Below, one piece after another: positions 18,026 through 27,669 of a DNA stretch of 64,000 nucleotides. Each line of letters opens with the position of its first letter. Within the stretch, counting starts at the first letter, position 1. The notes below the pieces were generated by a model. The model saw only the letters and a program-made list of their open reading frames with translations. It made no database searches and was not told where the DNA came from. The stretch comes from Terriglobales bacterium (GTDB lineage: Bacteria; Acidobacteriota; Terriglobia; Terriglobales; Acidobacteriaceae), in the NCBI GenBank assembly GCA_035651835.1, contig DASRFC010000065.1, positions 11,736 to 75,735 of the forward strand, read 5' to 3'. Position numbers and translations under genes: made by a program.

Positions 18026-19900
18026 ATGTGCGGCATTGTAGGATACGTCGGCAAGAAAAGTGTTGTGCCTGTAATCATTGAAGGGCTACGGCGACTTGAA
18101 TATCGTGGCTACGATTCAGCGGGCATTGCGGTTTGTGGCGATGGCGATGGCTTGCAAATTCGCCGAGCCGAGGGCAAGCTGCGAAATCTGGAAGAAGTCA
18201 TTCGCGTTAATCCACTCAATGGTACTTATGGCATCGGACACACTCGCTGGGCCACGCATGGACGCCCGAGCGAGGAAAATGCCCATCCTCATCGCGATTG
18301 CTCTGGGCGGATCGTCGTGGTTCACAATGGGATCGTTGAGAACTACGTAACATTAAAAAGAAAACTGATCGAAGAAGGACATAAGTTCACCACAGAAACC
18401 GACACAGAAGTCATCGCCCACCTTGTCGAGAATTATTACTTCAAGCACAACAATGGCAACCGCCCTTCCCTCGAAGAGGCAGTGCGCAAGACAGTCAAAC
18501 AGCTCACGGGAGTCTTTGCACTTTCTGTGATTGCAGTAGACGAGCCCAACAAAATTGTCGCTGCCCGCAACGGCCCACCTGCCGTAATAGGGCTTGGCAA
18601 AGACGAATATTTTGTCGCTTCCGATGTGCCGGCGATTCTTTATCACACTCGCGATCTTTTTTTTCTGGGCGACGGCGATCTGGCAGTAATTACTCCGGAA
18701 GGGGTGAAACTCACGGATTTCGAGGGCGCGCCTGTCGTCCGCCAAGTACAGCATGTGACTTGGGATCCAATCATGGCGGAAAAAGGTGGCTTCAAGCATT
18801 TCATGCTTAAGGAAATTTACGAGCAGCCTCGTGCCGTTCGCGATACGACGTTGGGTCGTATCTCGCAGGAAACAGGTCAGGTGTTTCTCGATGAAATGCA
18901 GATATCAGAAGCCGATTTCAAAACGCTGAAAAAGATCAATATCGAAGCTTGCGGTACGAGCTGGCACGCGGGACAAGCTGGTAAGTTCATGATCGAAAGT
19001 CTGGCGCGCGTTCCAGTCGAAGTCGATTACGCTAGCGAGTGGCGCTACCGTGATCCCATTGTTGATGCAGATACGATCACCCTGGTAATTTCGCAATCCG
19101 GCGAAACCGCCGACACGATTGCTGCCCAAAGGGAAGCAAAATCCAAGGGATCGAAAACACTTGCCATCTGTAATGTGGTCGGAGCAATGATCACACGGGA
19201 GGCAGCAGGAACTATCTACACTCACGCCGGACCGGAAATCGGCGTGGCTTCAACAAAGGCTTTTACCGCCCAACTTACAGCACTTTATCTGTTTGCTCTT
19301 TACCTGGCGCAAGTTCGCGGCGCCATAAGCAAAGAACGCGCTGCAGAAGCAATGCAGGAGCTCACGCGGCTTCCCGGCAAAATTGAGCATTTGCTCACCC
19401 GCGATGAGGAGTGCGAAGCCCTTGCTAAGTTATATGTTCGCGCTCAGGATTTCTTGTTTTTAGGGCGCGGGATTCATTATCCGATCGCGCTAGAAGGCGC
19501 GCTTAAGCTGAAGGAAATTTCCTACATTCACGCTGAAGGATATCCGGCGGGAGAGATGAAGCACGGCCCTAACGCGCTAATCGATGAGAATCTGCCCGTA
19601 GTCATCATTGCAACTCGCGATCCGAAAAATGAGCTTTCCATGATTCGTTACGAAAAGACTATGTCGAATCTAAAAGAAGTGAAAGCCCGTTCTGGCAGAG
19701 TGATCGCCATCGCTACCGAAGGCGATGAAGATATCAAAGAAGCCGCCGACCATGTGCTCTACGTTCCGGCAGCCGCCGAAGAGTTATCTCCGATTTTAGA
19801 GATCGTACCGCTACAGTTGCTGGCCTATCACATTGCGGTAAGAAGGGGATGTGATGTGGACCAGCCAAGAAATCTGGCGAAATCAGTCACAGTAGAATAG
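18026..19900 (+). CDS. glmS: glutamine--fructose-6-phosphate aminotransferase (isomerizing)
   Basis: 624 aa. It has the N-terminal nucleophile MCGIVGYVG, then GHTRWATHG, two SIS domains (SQSGETADT) and the C-terminal [13 protein letters not shown]. Confidence 0.97.
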   Translation: MCGIVGYVGKKSVVPVIIEGLRRLEYRGYDSAGIAVCGDGDGLQIRRAEGKLRNLEEVIRVNPLNGTYGIGHTRWATHGRPSEENAHPHRDCSGRIVVVHNGIVENYVTLKRKLIEEGHKFTTETDTEVIAHLVENYYFKHNNGNRPSLEEAVRKTVKQLTGVFALSVIAVDEPNKIVAARNGPPAVIGLGKDEYFVASDVPAILYHTRDLFFLGDGDLAVITPEGVKLTDFEGAPVVRQVQHVTWDPIMAEKGGFKHFMLKEIYEQPRAVRDTTLGRISQETGQVFLDEMQISEADFKTLKKINIEACGTSWHAGQAGKFMIESLARVPVEVDYASEWRYRDPIVDADTITLVISQSGETADTIAAQREAKSKGSKTLAICNVVGAMITREAAGTIYTHAGPEIGVASTKAFTAQLTALYLFALYLAQVRGAISKERAAEAMQELTRLPGKIEHLLTRDEECEALAKLYVRAQDFLFLGRGIHYPIALEGALKLKEISYIHAEGYPAGEMKHGPNALIDENLPVVIIATRDPKNELSMIRYEKTMSNLKEVKARSGRVIAIATEGDEDIKEAADHVLYVPAAAEELSPILEIVPLQLLAYHIAVRRGCDVDQPRNLAKSVTVE

Positions 19901-20208
19901 GCATCGCATCCCCTTTGGCCACTCTCATGTGGTAAGAAACCTCGTGCGTTAAAAATCGTGCACCCATCCGTACTTGTACTAATCGGCACAAAATGCATTT
20001 TCCCGTCAACAATTTTTATTGGTTTGTCACACATCCACAGCTCGGCAGAGTTATCATTAAATCTCAGCCATAACAGAAAAGCACCAGCGTTATTGGCGGT
20101 CAGCGTGTGTGGCTGATTGAATCGGTTCACTGCTGGGTTTCTATAGGCTCCAACTTAGATTTGAGATTATGGCTGAACCGCAGCATATATTTTAAGGAGT
20201 ATGTAAAA

Positions 20209-20508
20209 ATGGCAAAAGCGAAATCCCCCCGCACTACAAATTCCAACAAGCAAGTTCTAACCATGCCGGAAGCAGGTTCCGTCTCCCCGAATAAGCGGAA
20301 CTCCACTGCGGAGACCTCCGCGACGAACAATGCCCGGACCACTTCATCTGCAAACAACTCTGCTACAAATAATCTGGAAGAAAAAATCCGCCAGCGGGCA
20401 TATGAGCTTTACGCGGAACGAGGATATGTTGCCGGCTATGAGCACGAAGACTGGCTGCGAGCAGAACGTGAGATCCTGGCGCGCAACCACCATCAGCAAA
20501 GCGCCTAA
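20209..20508 (+). CDS. DUF2934-type small protein with Asn/Ser/Thr-rich N-terminal region
   Basis: Track ORF 20107..20508, trimmed to the ATG at 20209, which is preceded by AAGGAG (20194-20199). The C-terminal IRQRAYELYAERGYVAGYEHEDWLRAEREI is the DUF2934 signature as I recall it. Confidence 0.7.
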   Translation: MAKAKSPRTTNSNKQVLTMPEAGSVSPNKRNSTAETSATNNARTTSSANNSATNNLEEKIRQRAYELYAERGYVAGYEHEDWLRAEREILARNHHQQSA

Positions 20509-20795
20509 TTAAAAACCTATTGATCCAGCGTGCTGCGCGGATGGAGCTTAGGTTTCCTCCGCCCAGCATAGCTGATGGGTGCAAATTCTATAGTACACTC
20601 CATTAGCGCGGCGGGCTTTGGTACAGCAAAAATGTTTCCTGTTCTCATGCGGTTGCCTCTACAATCGCGTAAAATGCTCGCTTAAACATTGCACCGTCTT
20701 AGCACGCCAAAATGCGTCCCAGCTACCCGGTGTTACTAATGCGATTGTTTCTGATCTGCTCGTATTTCTGATTTAATAAAGATAAGCAGGATTCC

Positions 20796-22814
20796 ATGTC
20801 ATTGATCGGCAGTTTTGTACTCCTTCTCGCCCTCGCCTTGAGTGGATATTCATTTCTAGCTGGAATTCTGGCTTTGGTCCGCAAGGGCCCGGGGTCGGAA
20901 CGAATAGGCGAAACTGCACGCCGCGCCGGCATCGCTACTTTTGCGTTGGTGTTGCTGGCCGCCGTTGTATTAATGATAGCGGCTTTCTCCAACGATTTTT
21001 CCATTGCTTATATTTTTCATCACAGCAACCGCGACCTGCCCGGACCTTACAAATTCGCCATGCTCTGGTCGGGACAGGAAGGCTCACTCCTGTTCTGGTC
21101 TTTACTGTTGGGGGCGTATGGACTGGTTCTAAGACTGCGCTATAAGACGGACAGCCGCCTGTTTGCTCATGCCTCAATGGTCATCGCTGGTGTTCAACTT
21201 TTCTTTCTCTCGGTGCTGAACTTCGCGGCTCCTCCGTTTGCCATTCTGCAAGGCTCATCTCCTGCGGACGGCGCGGGGTTAAATCCGCTGCTGCAATATC
21301 CGGAGATGGTCATTCATCCTCCCATGCTTTATCTAGGCTACGTGGGATTCACGATTCCATTTGCTTTTGCATTGGGCGCGCTGATTATGCGATATCCCGG
21401 GGAGAAGTGGATTGCGATCACACGCCGCTGGACCATGGTCACTTGGGGGTTTCTAACCTGCGGCGTCTTTCTCGGTGCACATTGGGCTTACTCGGTGCTG
21501 GGTTGGGGAGGCTATTGGGCGTGGGATCCAGTCGAGAACGCCTCGCTGATGCCTTGGTTGACCGGCACCGCCTTTCTGCATTCGGTCATGATGCAAGAAA
21601 AACGCGGCATGATGAAGACCTGGAATGTGTGGCTTATTTTTTCCACCTTCATGCTAACCGTTTTTGGCACGCTGCTCACTCGAAGTGGTCTGGTGAGTTC
21701 GGTACATGCGTTCGCGCAATCTTCGATTGGGACCTGGTTCGTGATCTTTCTTGGGATTACGTTTTTAGTGTGTCTTTTCTTTTATGTGAAGAATCGCGAT
21801 CATTTGCGCAGCGAAAATAAATTGGAATCGCTGATTTCGCGTGAATCCAGTTTCTTATTTAACAATCTGCTATTGCTGGTGGCGTGCTTCACGGTTCTTT
21901 GGGGAACGCTCTTTCCTAAGATTTCCGAATGGGTGCAGGGGGCGAAAGTTACGGTTGGCGCTCCTTTCTTTAATCGCGTAAACATACCTGTGGCGCTGCT
22001 TCTTCTACTCCTGACTGCAATCGGCCCACTACTCGCCTGGCGCAGAACCTCCTGGGAGAGCCTGAAGCGGAATTTCAAATGGCCGGCCATCGGAGCGGTG
22101 GCAGTCGGCGCGTTAGTCGTGCTTTTAGGCATGAAGCCGTGGCAGGATCAGTCCTATTTTTATTCGCTTATGACCATCATGCTTTCGGTGCTGGTCGCAT
22201 TTACTGTGGCTTCGGAGTTTATTCGCGGCGGGCGAGTGATATCGCAGAAGACCAATCAAAACTTGTTCGCATCGATGGTCCAGTTAACACGCCGCAATAC
22301 ACGCCGCTATGGTGGATACATCGTTCACTTCGGAGTGGTCGTAATCATGATTGGCTTCGCCGGTTCGGCCTTTAATCAGGACAAAGAAAAGGAAATGGCC
22401 TACGGCGACAAGATGAGTATCGGAGCATACACGCTGGTATGCCGATCCTACACGCAAGATGATAATCCAAACTACGGCAGCGAATGGGCCGTCATGGATG
22501 TTTTCAAGGGAGGAAAGCAGATCGCGACGCTCACTCCGGAACGCCGCTTCTACAAAGCCAGCCAGCAGACTTCCACCATGGTCGCGAATCGTTCGACTTT
22601 GAAAGAAGATCTCTATGTAGTTTACGAAGGTCAGAATCCCGATACCGGACGTCCCATTATCAAGGTGCACCTCAATCCGCTGGTGATGTGGATTTGGATT
22701 GGGGTATGGATCATGATTGTCGGCACTGTTATCGGCTTGATTCCGAGCACCGTAGCCTTGCGAGTTGCCGCTCCCGCTCGCTTGCAAACGGAACCTGTGG
22801 GAGCAAGCCGTTGA
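20796..22814 (+). CDS. ccmF: cytochrome c-type biogenesis heme lyase subunit CcmF
   Basis: 672 aa and polytopic. It has the Trp-rich WWD-like motif WGGYWAWDPVENASLMPWL and conserved His-containing loops. Confidence 0.92.
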   Translation: MSLIGSFVLLLALALSGYSFLAGILALVRKGPGSERIGETARRAGIATFALVLLAAVVLMIAAFSNDFSIAYIFHHSNRDLPGPYKFAMLWSGQEGSLLFWSLLLGAYGLVLRLRYKTDSRLFAHASMVIAGVQLFFLSVLNFAAPPFAILQGSSPADGAGLNPLLQYPEMVIHPPMLYLGYVGFTIPFAFALGALIMRYPGEKWIAITRRWTMVTWGFLTCGVFLGAHWAYSVLGWGGYWAWDPVENASLMPWLTGTAFLHSVMMQEKRGMMKTWNVWLIFSTFMLTVFGTLLTRSGLVSSVHAFAQSSIGTWFVIFLGITFLVCLFFYVKNRDHLRSENKLESLISRESSFLFNNLLLLVACFTVLWGTLFPKISEWVQGAKVTVGAPFFNRVNIPVALLLLLLTAIGPLLAWRRTSWESLKRNFKWPAIGAVAVGALVVLLGMKPWQDQSYFYSLMTIMLSVLVAFTVASEFIRGGRVISQKTNQNLFASMVQLTRRNTRRYGGYIVHFGVVVIMIGFAGSAFNQDKEKEMAYGDKMSIGAYTLVCRSYTQDDNPNYGSEWAVMDVFKGGKQIATLTPERRFYKASQQTSTMVANRSTLKEDLYVVYEGQNPDTGRPIIKVHLNPLVMWIWIGVWIMIVGTVIGLIPSTVALRVAAPARLQTEPVGASR

Positions 22815-23311
22815 AACACCACCCTGCTTTGGCGGCATATCTTTTGAAACGCCTAGGGCAGCTTAGCCTTGTTCTATTCGTTCTCTTCGGTTTCCTTGGA
22901 GCGGGCGACGAGCCGGCTCGGGTCAACGATCTGGGTCATCGATTGATGTGCGTATGCGGATGCAACCAGATTCTGCTGGAATGCAATCATGTCGGCTGCA
23001 CTTACTCCGATCGCATGCGTGATGAACTCGTCGCTGCCGTAGATAAGGGCGACAATGACGATTTGACGCTGCAATGGTTTGTGCAGAAATATGGGACTAC
23101 CGTTTTGGCGGCGCCCACCGCGACTGGATTTAACCGAGTCGCGTGGATTATGCCATATCTGACGCTGGTACTTGGATTGGCGACAGTGGTTGTGATCGTG
23201 CACACCTGGAAGAAACGTCCGTTGACTTTAAGGGCGGATGCAGTTCCTCCGGTCCATGGAGCGGAGCTCGATTACTTTCGCGCTCAAGCCAGAAAGGAAA
23301 CCGAAATATGA
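22811..23311 (+). CDS. ccmH: cytochrome c-type biogenesis protein CcmH-like (Cys-motif periplasmic domain plus TM anchor)
   Basis: Track ORF 22484..23311, trimmed to the TTG at 22811, which overlaps the ccmF stop (TTGA). It has a signal/TM segment, then LGHRLMCVCGCNQILLECNHVGC and a C-terminal TM (WIMPYLTLVLGLATVVVIV). The start codon is inferred. Confidence 0.78.
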   Translation: MKHHPALAAYLLKRLGQLSLVLFVLFGFLGAGDEPARVNDLGHRLMCVCGCNQILLECNHVGCTYSDRMRDELVAAVDKGDNDDLTLQWFVQKYGTTVLAAPTATGFNRVAWIMPYLTLVLGLATVVVIVHTWKKRPLTLRADAVPPVHGAELDYFRAQARKETEI

Positions 23312-23628
23312 GCGTGGCTTTGCTTACCTGCATCTTCGTTACTCTCGCCACCCTAGTTTATGTTTTTTATCTTCCGGGCACGTTGCGCCTTGGTCCTGCA
23401 AAAACCCGGTTGATTTATATGCGCGAGCGTCAGGAAGTAGTTTACGAAAATCTGCGCGACCTTAATTTCGAATATAAAGCGGGCAAGTTTCCCGAGAGCG
23501 ATTATCTCTCTATGAAAACGTCATTAGAAGAAGAAGCGGCTGGAGTGCTTGCAGAAATCGACCGCCTGGAGCATGCTCCGGCAGCTGCGCAACCGATGCT
23601 CCGCAAGAATAAGGGAGCCAGAGTTTGA
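23308..23628 (+). CDS. small single-pass membrane protein with CcmI-like cytoplasmic motif
   Basis: Track ORF 23143..23628, trimmed to the ATG at 23308, which overlaps the ccmH stop (ATGA). The TM segment is MSVALLTCIFVTLATLVYVFY. It is followed by ENLRDLNFEYKAGKFPESDYLSMKTSLEEEAAGVL. Confidence 0.5.
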   Translation: MSVALLTCIFVTLATLVYVFYLPGTLRLGPAKTRLIYMRERQEVVYENLRDLNFEYKAGKFPESDYLSMKTSLEEEAAGVLAEIDRLEHAPAAAQPMLRKNKGARV

Positions 23629-24977
23629 AATTATTCATGAATGCGATGGGGCGCAAGACGAACTATGCTACGCGGAAAAGATGGGCAGTAGCCGTTCTTT
23701 TCTTATCGATTCTATCGCTCAGCATGAGTGTGAGTGCCGCATCCGCCGAGACTCTTACGGGAACGGTGACGAATGCCACTACCCATAAGCCGGGTGCGGG
23801 CGACGAAGTAATTCTTATTAAGCTGGCGCAAGGCATGGAAGAGGCTGGGCACACCAAAGCCGATGCCAAAGGCGCATTCAGTTTCACCCTTAATGATGCC
23901 GACGCCAAAACGCCTCACTTGATTCGCGCGATTCATCAAGGAGTGACGTATCACCGCATGGCTCCTCCCGGAACCACTTCGGTCGAAGTCGAAGTTTACG
24001 ACGTCGCTAAGAAGATCGCAGGAGTGAGTGTGACCGCCGACGTGATGCGTTTTCAGGCACAAGGAAACCAGCTGCAAGGCATACGGCTCTTCGCTGTGAA
24101 CAACCCATCTAATCCGCCGCGTACACAAGCCAGCGAACAGAACCTCGAGTTCTATCTTCCTGAAGGTTCGCAGATCGATCAGACTATGGCGATGACGGCG
24201 AATGGCCAGCCGATCAATTCACCCGCCATTCCGGAAAAAGAAAAAAATCGTTACGCATTTAATTTCCCGTTGCGGCCGGGAGAAACTCAGTTTCAAGTTG
24301 TGTATCACCTGCCTTACAGTGGACAGCTCAGCATTGATCCGAAGCCGTTGTATGGCACTCAACATTTTGTTGTGATGCTGCCAAAGTCGATGCAATTCAC
24401 CGCGGATCCGGATGCCGCATTTCAACCTATGCAGGATCCTCGGCAGTCGGATGCGATTGTCGAAGTCATTTCTAAAACGCAAGTCGGCCAACCTCTCGGT
24501 TTCAAGATCGCGGGTACGGGCACTTTGGCGGAAGCAAAAGATGATGCGGAAGGAACTCCGTCGCCCGTAGGAGGAGAGCAGGCCAGCGCGCCGCAAGGGC
24601 GTGATTCGCGTCCTGGTGGAGGACTCGGGCCGCCCAGCGATGCGCCTGATCCACTCGAAAAATATCGTTGGCCCATTCTTGGTGGTTTTGCAGTTTTGCT
24701 CGCGGCGGGTGCCGCTTACATTGCGAGCCGGTCTAAGACCCAAGCGGCTCGCGACTTCGACTCTGATGAGGAGCTGACAGATGTCCGGAGAACGCCGGCT
24801 GCAGCTCGTGGGGGCTCCTCCAATATCCTTCTTGAAGCGCTGAAAGATGAGCTATTTCAATTAGAGATCGAGCACAAGCAAGGCGGAATCTCGCAGCCAG
24901 AATACGAGAAAGCGAAAGCCGCGCTGGACCAGACATTGGAGCGGGCGCTCAAGCGGGTATCAGTAAAGAGCAGTTGA
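23625..24977 (+). CDS. exported carboxypeptidase-regulatory-like domain protein with C-terminal TM anchor and cytoplasmic coiled-coil tail
   Basis: 450 aa. The TTG at 23625 overlaps the previous stop (TTGA); ATG alternatives lie at 23637 and 23646. It has a signal peptide, then LTGTVTNATTHKPGAGDEVILIKL...DAKGAFSFTL and a Pro/Gly-rich linker. The TM is WPILGGFAVLLAAGAAYIA and the tail reads LKDELFQLEIEHKQGGISQPEYEKAKAAL. Confidence 0.6.
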   Translation: MKLFMNAMGRKTNYATRKRWAVAVLFLSILSLSMSVSAASAETLTGTVTNATTHKPGAGDEVILIKLAQGMEEAGHTKADAKGAFSFTLNDADAKTPHLIRAIHQGVTYHRMAPPGTTSVEVEVYDVAKKIAGVSVTADVMRFQAQGNQLQGIRLFAVNNPSNPPRTQASEQNLEFYLPEGSQIDQTMAMTANGQPINSPAIPEKEKNRYAFNFPLRPGETQFQVVYHLPYSGQLSIDPKPLYGTQHFVVMLPKSMQFTADPDAAFQPMQDPRQSDAIVEVISKTQVGQPLGFKIAGTGTLAEAKDDAEGTPSPVGGEQASAPQGRDSRPGGGLGPPSDAPDPLEKYRWPILGGFAVLLAAGAAYIASRSKTQAARDFDSDEELTDVRRTPAAARGGSSNILLEALKDELFQLEIEHKQGGISQPEYEKAKAALDQTLERALKRVSVKSS

Positions 24978-25097
24978 GTCCCAAGCCTGACGGGCTCACG
25001 CCAGCTTTGCATTTTGTTTGTACTGGTGTTTGCCCGTTACCAATTTGCGGCAATGAATCTACTACTCCTGTAAGTCATCTAATATCCAGAGAAGTTT

Positions 25098-25946
25098 ATG
25101 GGAAACACATTCAAGACCGCATTTCTTCTAACCGCTCTGACTCTTTTGCTTATGGCAATCGGCCGTTTTTTTGGCGGTCAAAATGGCATGTTGTTGGCCC
25201 TGGTAATTGCTGCCGGTACCAACTTCGTGGCTTACTTTTTTTCCGACAAAATTGCTCTCGCCACTTACCGCGCCCGTCCGGTTACACGCGAGGAACTACC
25301 GCGAGCCTACCAGGTAGTGGAGCGCCTGACGCAAAAAATTGGCATTCCGATGCCAAAGCTGTATGTAATTCCAACAGACTCCCCGAACGCTTTTGCCACG
25401 GGGCGAAACCCGCAACATGCTTCGGTGGCCATGACGCAGGGCATTCTCAACCTTTTGAACGACGAAGAACTCGAAGGAGTGCTCGCCCACGAACTCGGAC
25501 ATGTGAATAATCGCGATATCCTCATCAGCTCTATCGCTGCAACGATTGCAGGCGCCATAACTTTTATTTCCCGCTTCGGATTCTTTTTCGGCGGGATGCA
25601 GGACCGTGACGACCGGCGAGGTGGAGGCATTGGAGCTTTACTGATGTTGATACTCGCTCCGATTGCAGCCATGCTGATTCAGTTAGCAGTTTCTCGATCA
25701 CGTGAATATCAAGCCGATGCAACCGGGGCTCACTTTACGGGCAATCCTTACGCTCTGGCTAGTGCATTATCCAAACTCGATGCGTATTCGCGGCGATTGC
25801 CAATGCAGGCAACACCGTCGACTGCACATCTCTTCATTATTCAACCGTTCCTTGGGATGAATTTCGGAAGTCTCTTCTCAACCCATCCGCCGATTGCTAA
25901 ACGAATTGAGCGGCTAACTGGAAGGCCAGCGGAGTTCATGCAGTAA
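25098..25946 (+). CDS. htpX: M48-family membrane zinc protease HtpX
   Basis: 282 aa. It has two N-terminal TM helices, GVLAHELGHVNNRD (HExxH), two further TM helices and REYQADATGA. Confidence 0.92.
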   Translation: MGNTFKTAFLLTALTLLLMAIGRFFGGQNGMLLALVIAAGTNFVAYFFSDKIALATYRARPVTREELPRAYQVVERLTQKIGIPMPKLYVIPTDSPNAFATGRNPQHASVAMTQGILNLLNDEELEGVLAHELGHVNNRDILISSIAATIAGAITFISRFGFFFGGMQDRDDRRGGGIGALLMLILAPIAAMLIQLAVSRSREYQADATGAHFTGNPYALASALSKLDAYSRRLPMQATPSTAHLFIIQPFLGMNFGSLFSTHPPIAKRIERLTGRPAEFMQ

Positions 25947-25947
25947 G

Positions 25948-26005
25948 AGCTATCAGCCATCAGTAAAAGCGGAAGCACCGTAAGTTTGGTTGAAAACTGA
26001 TAGCT
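25948..26005. repeat. inverted repeat agctatcag ... ctgatagct (REP-like)
   Basis: The 9-bp arms at 25948-25956 and 25997-26005 lie just after the htpX stop. The same nonamer agctatcag recurs at 42926-42934, just after the clpC stop. Confidence 0.5.
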
Positions 26006-26101
26006 AAAGGCTGAGAGCTTCTTTGTGACGCAAGTAACCACGACTGCTTCGTTCTTCATTGTAGAATCGCTTTAACACCTCTAATACCGGACCTATGAAC
26101 G

Positions 26102-27067
26102 ATGTCGCCTGAAACCGCATCGATTGCCTCATCCCGCGCCGCTCAGCTTGAAAACGCGCTGCGCAAAGTAATCCGCGGCAAAGACGATGTCATCCGCCTT
26201 GCTCTGGTTTCAATATTGGCCCGCGGACACTTGCTGATCGAAGGGGTCCCAGGGGTGGGTAAAACGACTCTGGCTCAAGCACTTGCGCGGGCGCTCGATT
26301 GCAGCTTTCAACGGGTGCAGTTCACCAGTGACATGCTGCCATCGGACATTCTCGGAATTTCCATCTACTCCGCGCTTGAACAACAATTCGAATTCAAGCC
26401 TGGCCCAATTTTTACCAACATTCTTTTGGCGGACGAAATTAATAGAACCACTCCCAAGACACAATCGGCATTACTTGAAGCTATGAATGAGGGGCAGATT
26501 ACAGTCGATTCCCATTCCCATCCGCTTCCACAACCGTTTCTTGTAATCGCCACGCAAAATCCGGTCGAACATCATGGAACGTATCCGTTGCCTGAATCGC
26601 AGCTTGATCGTTTTCTGATGCGAGTGCAAATGGGGTACCCGGACAGCAACGCCGAACGCGAGATATTAAGAGCCGAAGCCGGTACGGCAAAGCTTGAACA
26701 TATGCGGCCTGTGCTCAGCGGGGCTGATGTGATTGAGATGCAGAACGCAGTTACGCAGGTACGCGTAGAGGAATCATTGGTGACCTATGCGCTGGCACTT
26801 GTGAAGAAGACGAGAGAATCCGAACAGCTCTCGCTGGGAGTTTCACCTCGAGGATCGCAGATGCTCTATCGTGCTGCGCAGGCCATGGCGTTTGTGGATG
26901 GCCGCACATTTTGCATTCCTGAAGATTTCAAACCGTTGGTGGTCCCAGTATTCGCGCACCGCGTTGTGGTAAGCGGGCTTTCTTCTTCAAATTCCAGCAT
27001 CAAAAAGTCTGAGCAAGCAGAGCACGTCATGCAGGAAATTGCTCAGAGCGTCCCCGTCCCACTCTAA
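26102..27067 (+). CDS. MoxR-family AAA+ ATPase
   Basis: 321 aa. The motifs are GHLLIEGVPGVGKTTLAQALARAL (Walker A), ILLADEINRTTPKTQSALLEAM (Walker B/sensor) and VIATQNP...LPESQLDRF. Confidence 0.92.
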   Translation: MSPETASIASSRAAQLENALRKVIRGKDDVIRLALVSILARGHLLIEGVPGVGKTTLAQALARALDCSFQRVQFTSDMLPSDILGISIYSALEQQFEFKPGPIFTNILLADEINRTTPKTQSALLEAMNEGQITVDSHSHPLPQPFLVIATQNPVEHHGTYPLPESQLDRFLMRVQMGYPDSNAEREILRAEAGTAKLEHMRPVLSGADVIEMQNAVTQVRVEESLVTYALALVKKTRESEQLSLGVSPRGSQMLYRAAQAMAFVDGRTFCIPEDFKPLVVPVFAHRVVVSGLSSSNSSIKKSEQAEHVMQEIAQSVPVPL

Positions 27068-27135
27068 TTTTTCTGGAATTTCGGTCAATCTGGAGCGCCC
27101 TGGAATTCAACCTAACAAAGCAGCATAATAGTTTG

Positions 27136-27612
27136 ATGTCGTTTCTTCGCTATCTCATGCTGGTTGCGCTGGTTGTCTGGATCGGTGGCCTCATCTTTTT
27201 TCCCGTAGTCGCGCAAACCGCATTTACTACGCTGCCCAGCAGACAACTCGCGGGAGCATTGGTTGGCCGTTGCCTTACTGCTCTGCACTGGATGGGTATT
27301 GTCTCCGGCGTCGTTTTTCTTGTCTGCTCGTTGATCTACAACCGATTTAGCGCTGGAACGACGAACGCGGTTTCGGCCCAGCACTTGTTCATCTTATTAA
27401 TGCTTGTACTGACGTTAATTTCACAGTTCAGCATTATTCCTCACATGGACGCGATTCGCGCCTCGCTTCCGGCGGAGATAGATCTGGTACCAGCTAGCAA
27501 CCCAGCTCGCGTGCAATTCGACATATTGCACGTCTGGTCGACCCGGGTCGAGAGTGCCGTATTACTGCTCGGACTAGTCCTGGTTTATTTAACCTCTAAG
27601 GCACAGGCGTAA
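27136..27612 (+). CDS. four-helix membrane protein, DUF4149/TMEM205-like
   Basis: Track ORF 27133..27612 (TTG), with the ATG at 27136. Four hydrophobic helices are visible. The family assignment comes from overall pattern recall only. Confidence 0.6.
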   Translation: MSFLRYLMLVALVVWIGGLIFFPVVAQTAFTTLPSRQLAGALVGRCLTALHWMGIVSGVVFLVCSLIYNRFSAGTTNAVSAQHLFILLMLVLTLISQFSIIPHMDAIRASLPAEIDLVPASNPARVQFDILHVWSTRVESAVLLLGLVLVYLTSKAQA

Positions 27613-27640
27613 TACGCCTGTTATCATTTATTCTTCCTAT
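27603..27640 (+). terminator. candidate intrinsic terminator overlapping the stop codon of the membrane-protein gene
   Basis: acaggcg-taata-cgcctgt (7-bp stem) is followed by the T-rich tatcatttattcttcc. The U-tract is interrupted. Confidence 0.45.
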
Positions 27641-27669
27641 ATTTATTCTTCGCTTTATCCTTTGTCCCT

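Noticed and set aside
19828-20130. 100-aa minus-strand ORF overlapping the 3' end of glmS
   Set aside because: It overlaps 72 nt of a certain gene, has no recognisable motif and has an odd composition. It is probably a chance frame.
22484-23311. Long N-terminal extensions in track ORFs 22484..23311, 23143..23628, 58215..59138, 40368..42908, 20107..20508, 17241..17588 and 39426..40136
   Set aside because: The extensions overlap upstream genes or lack any similarity. Internal starts with ribosome-binding sites or stop/start overlaps give products that begin at the conserved N-termini (CcmH, FabI MSSSLAG, Clp[10 protein letters not shown], and so on).
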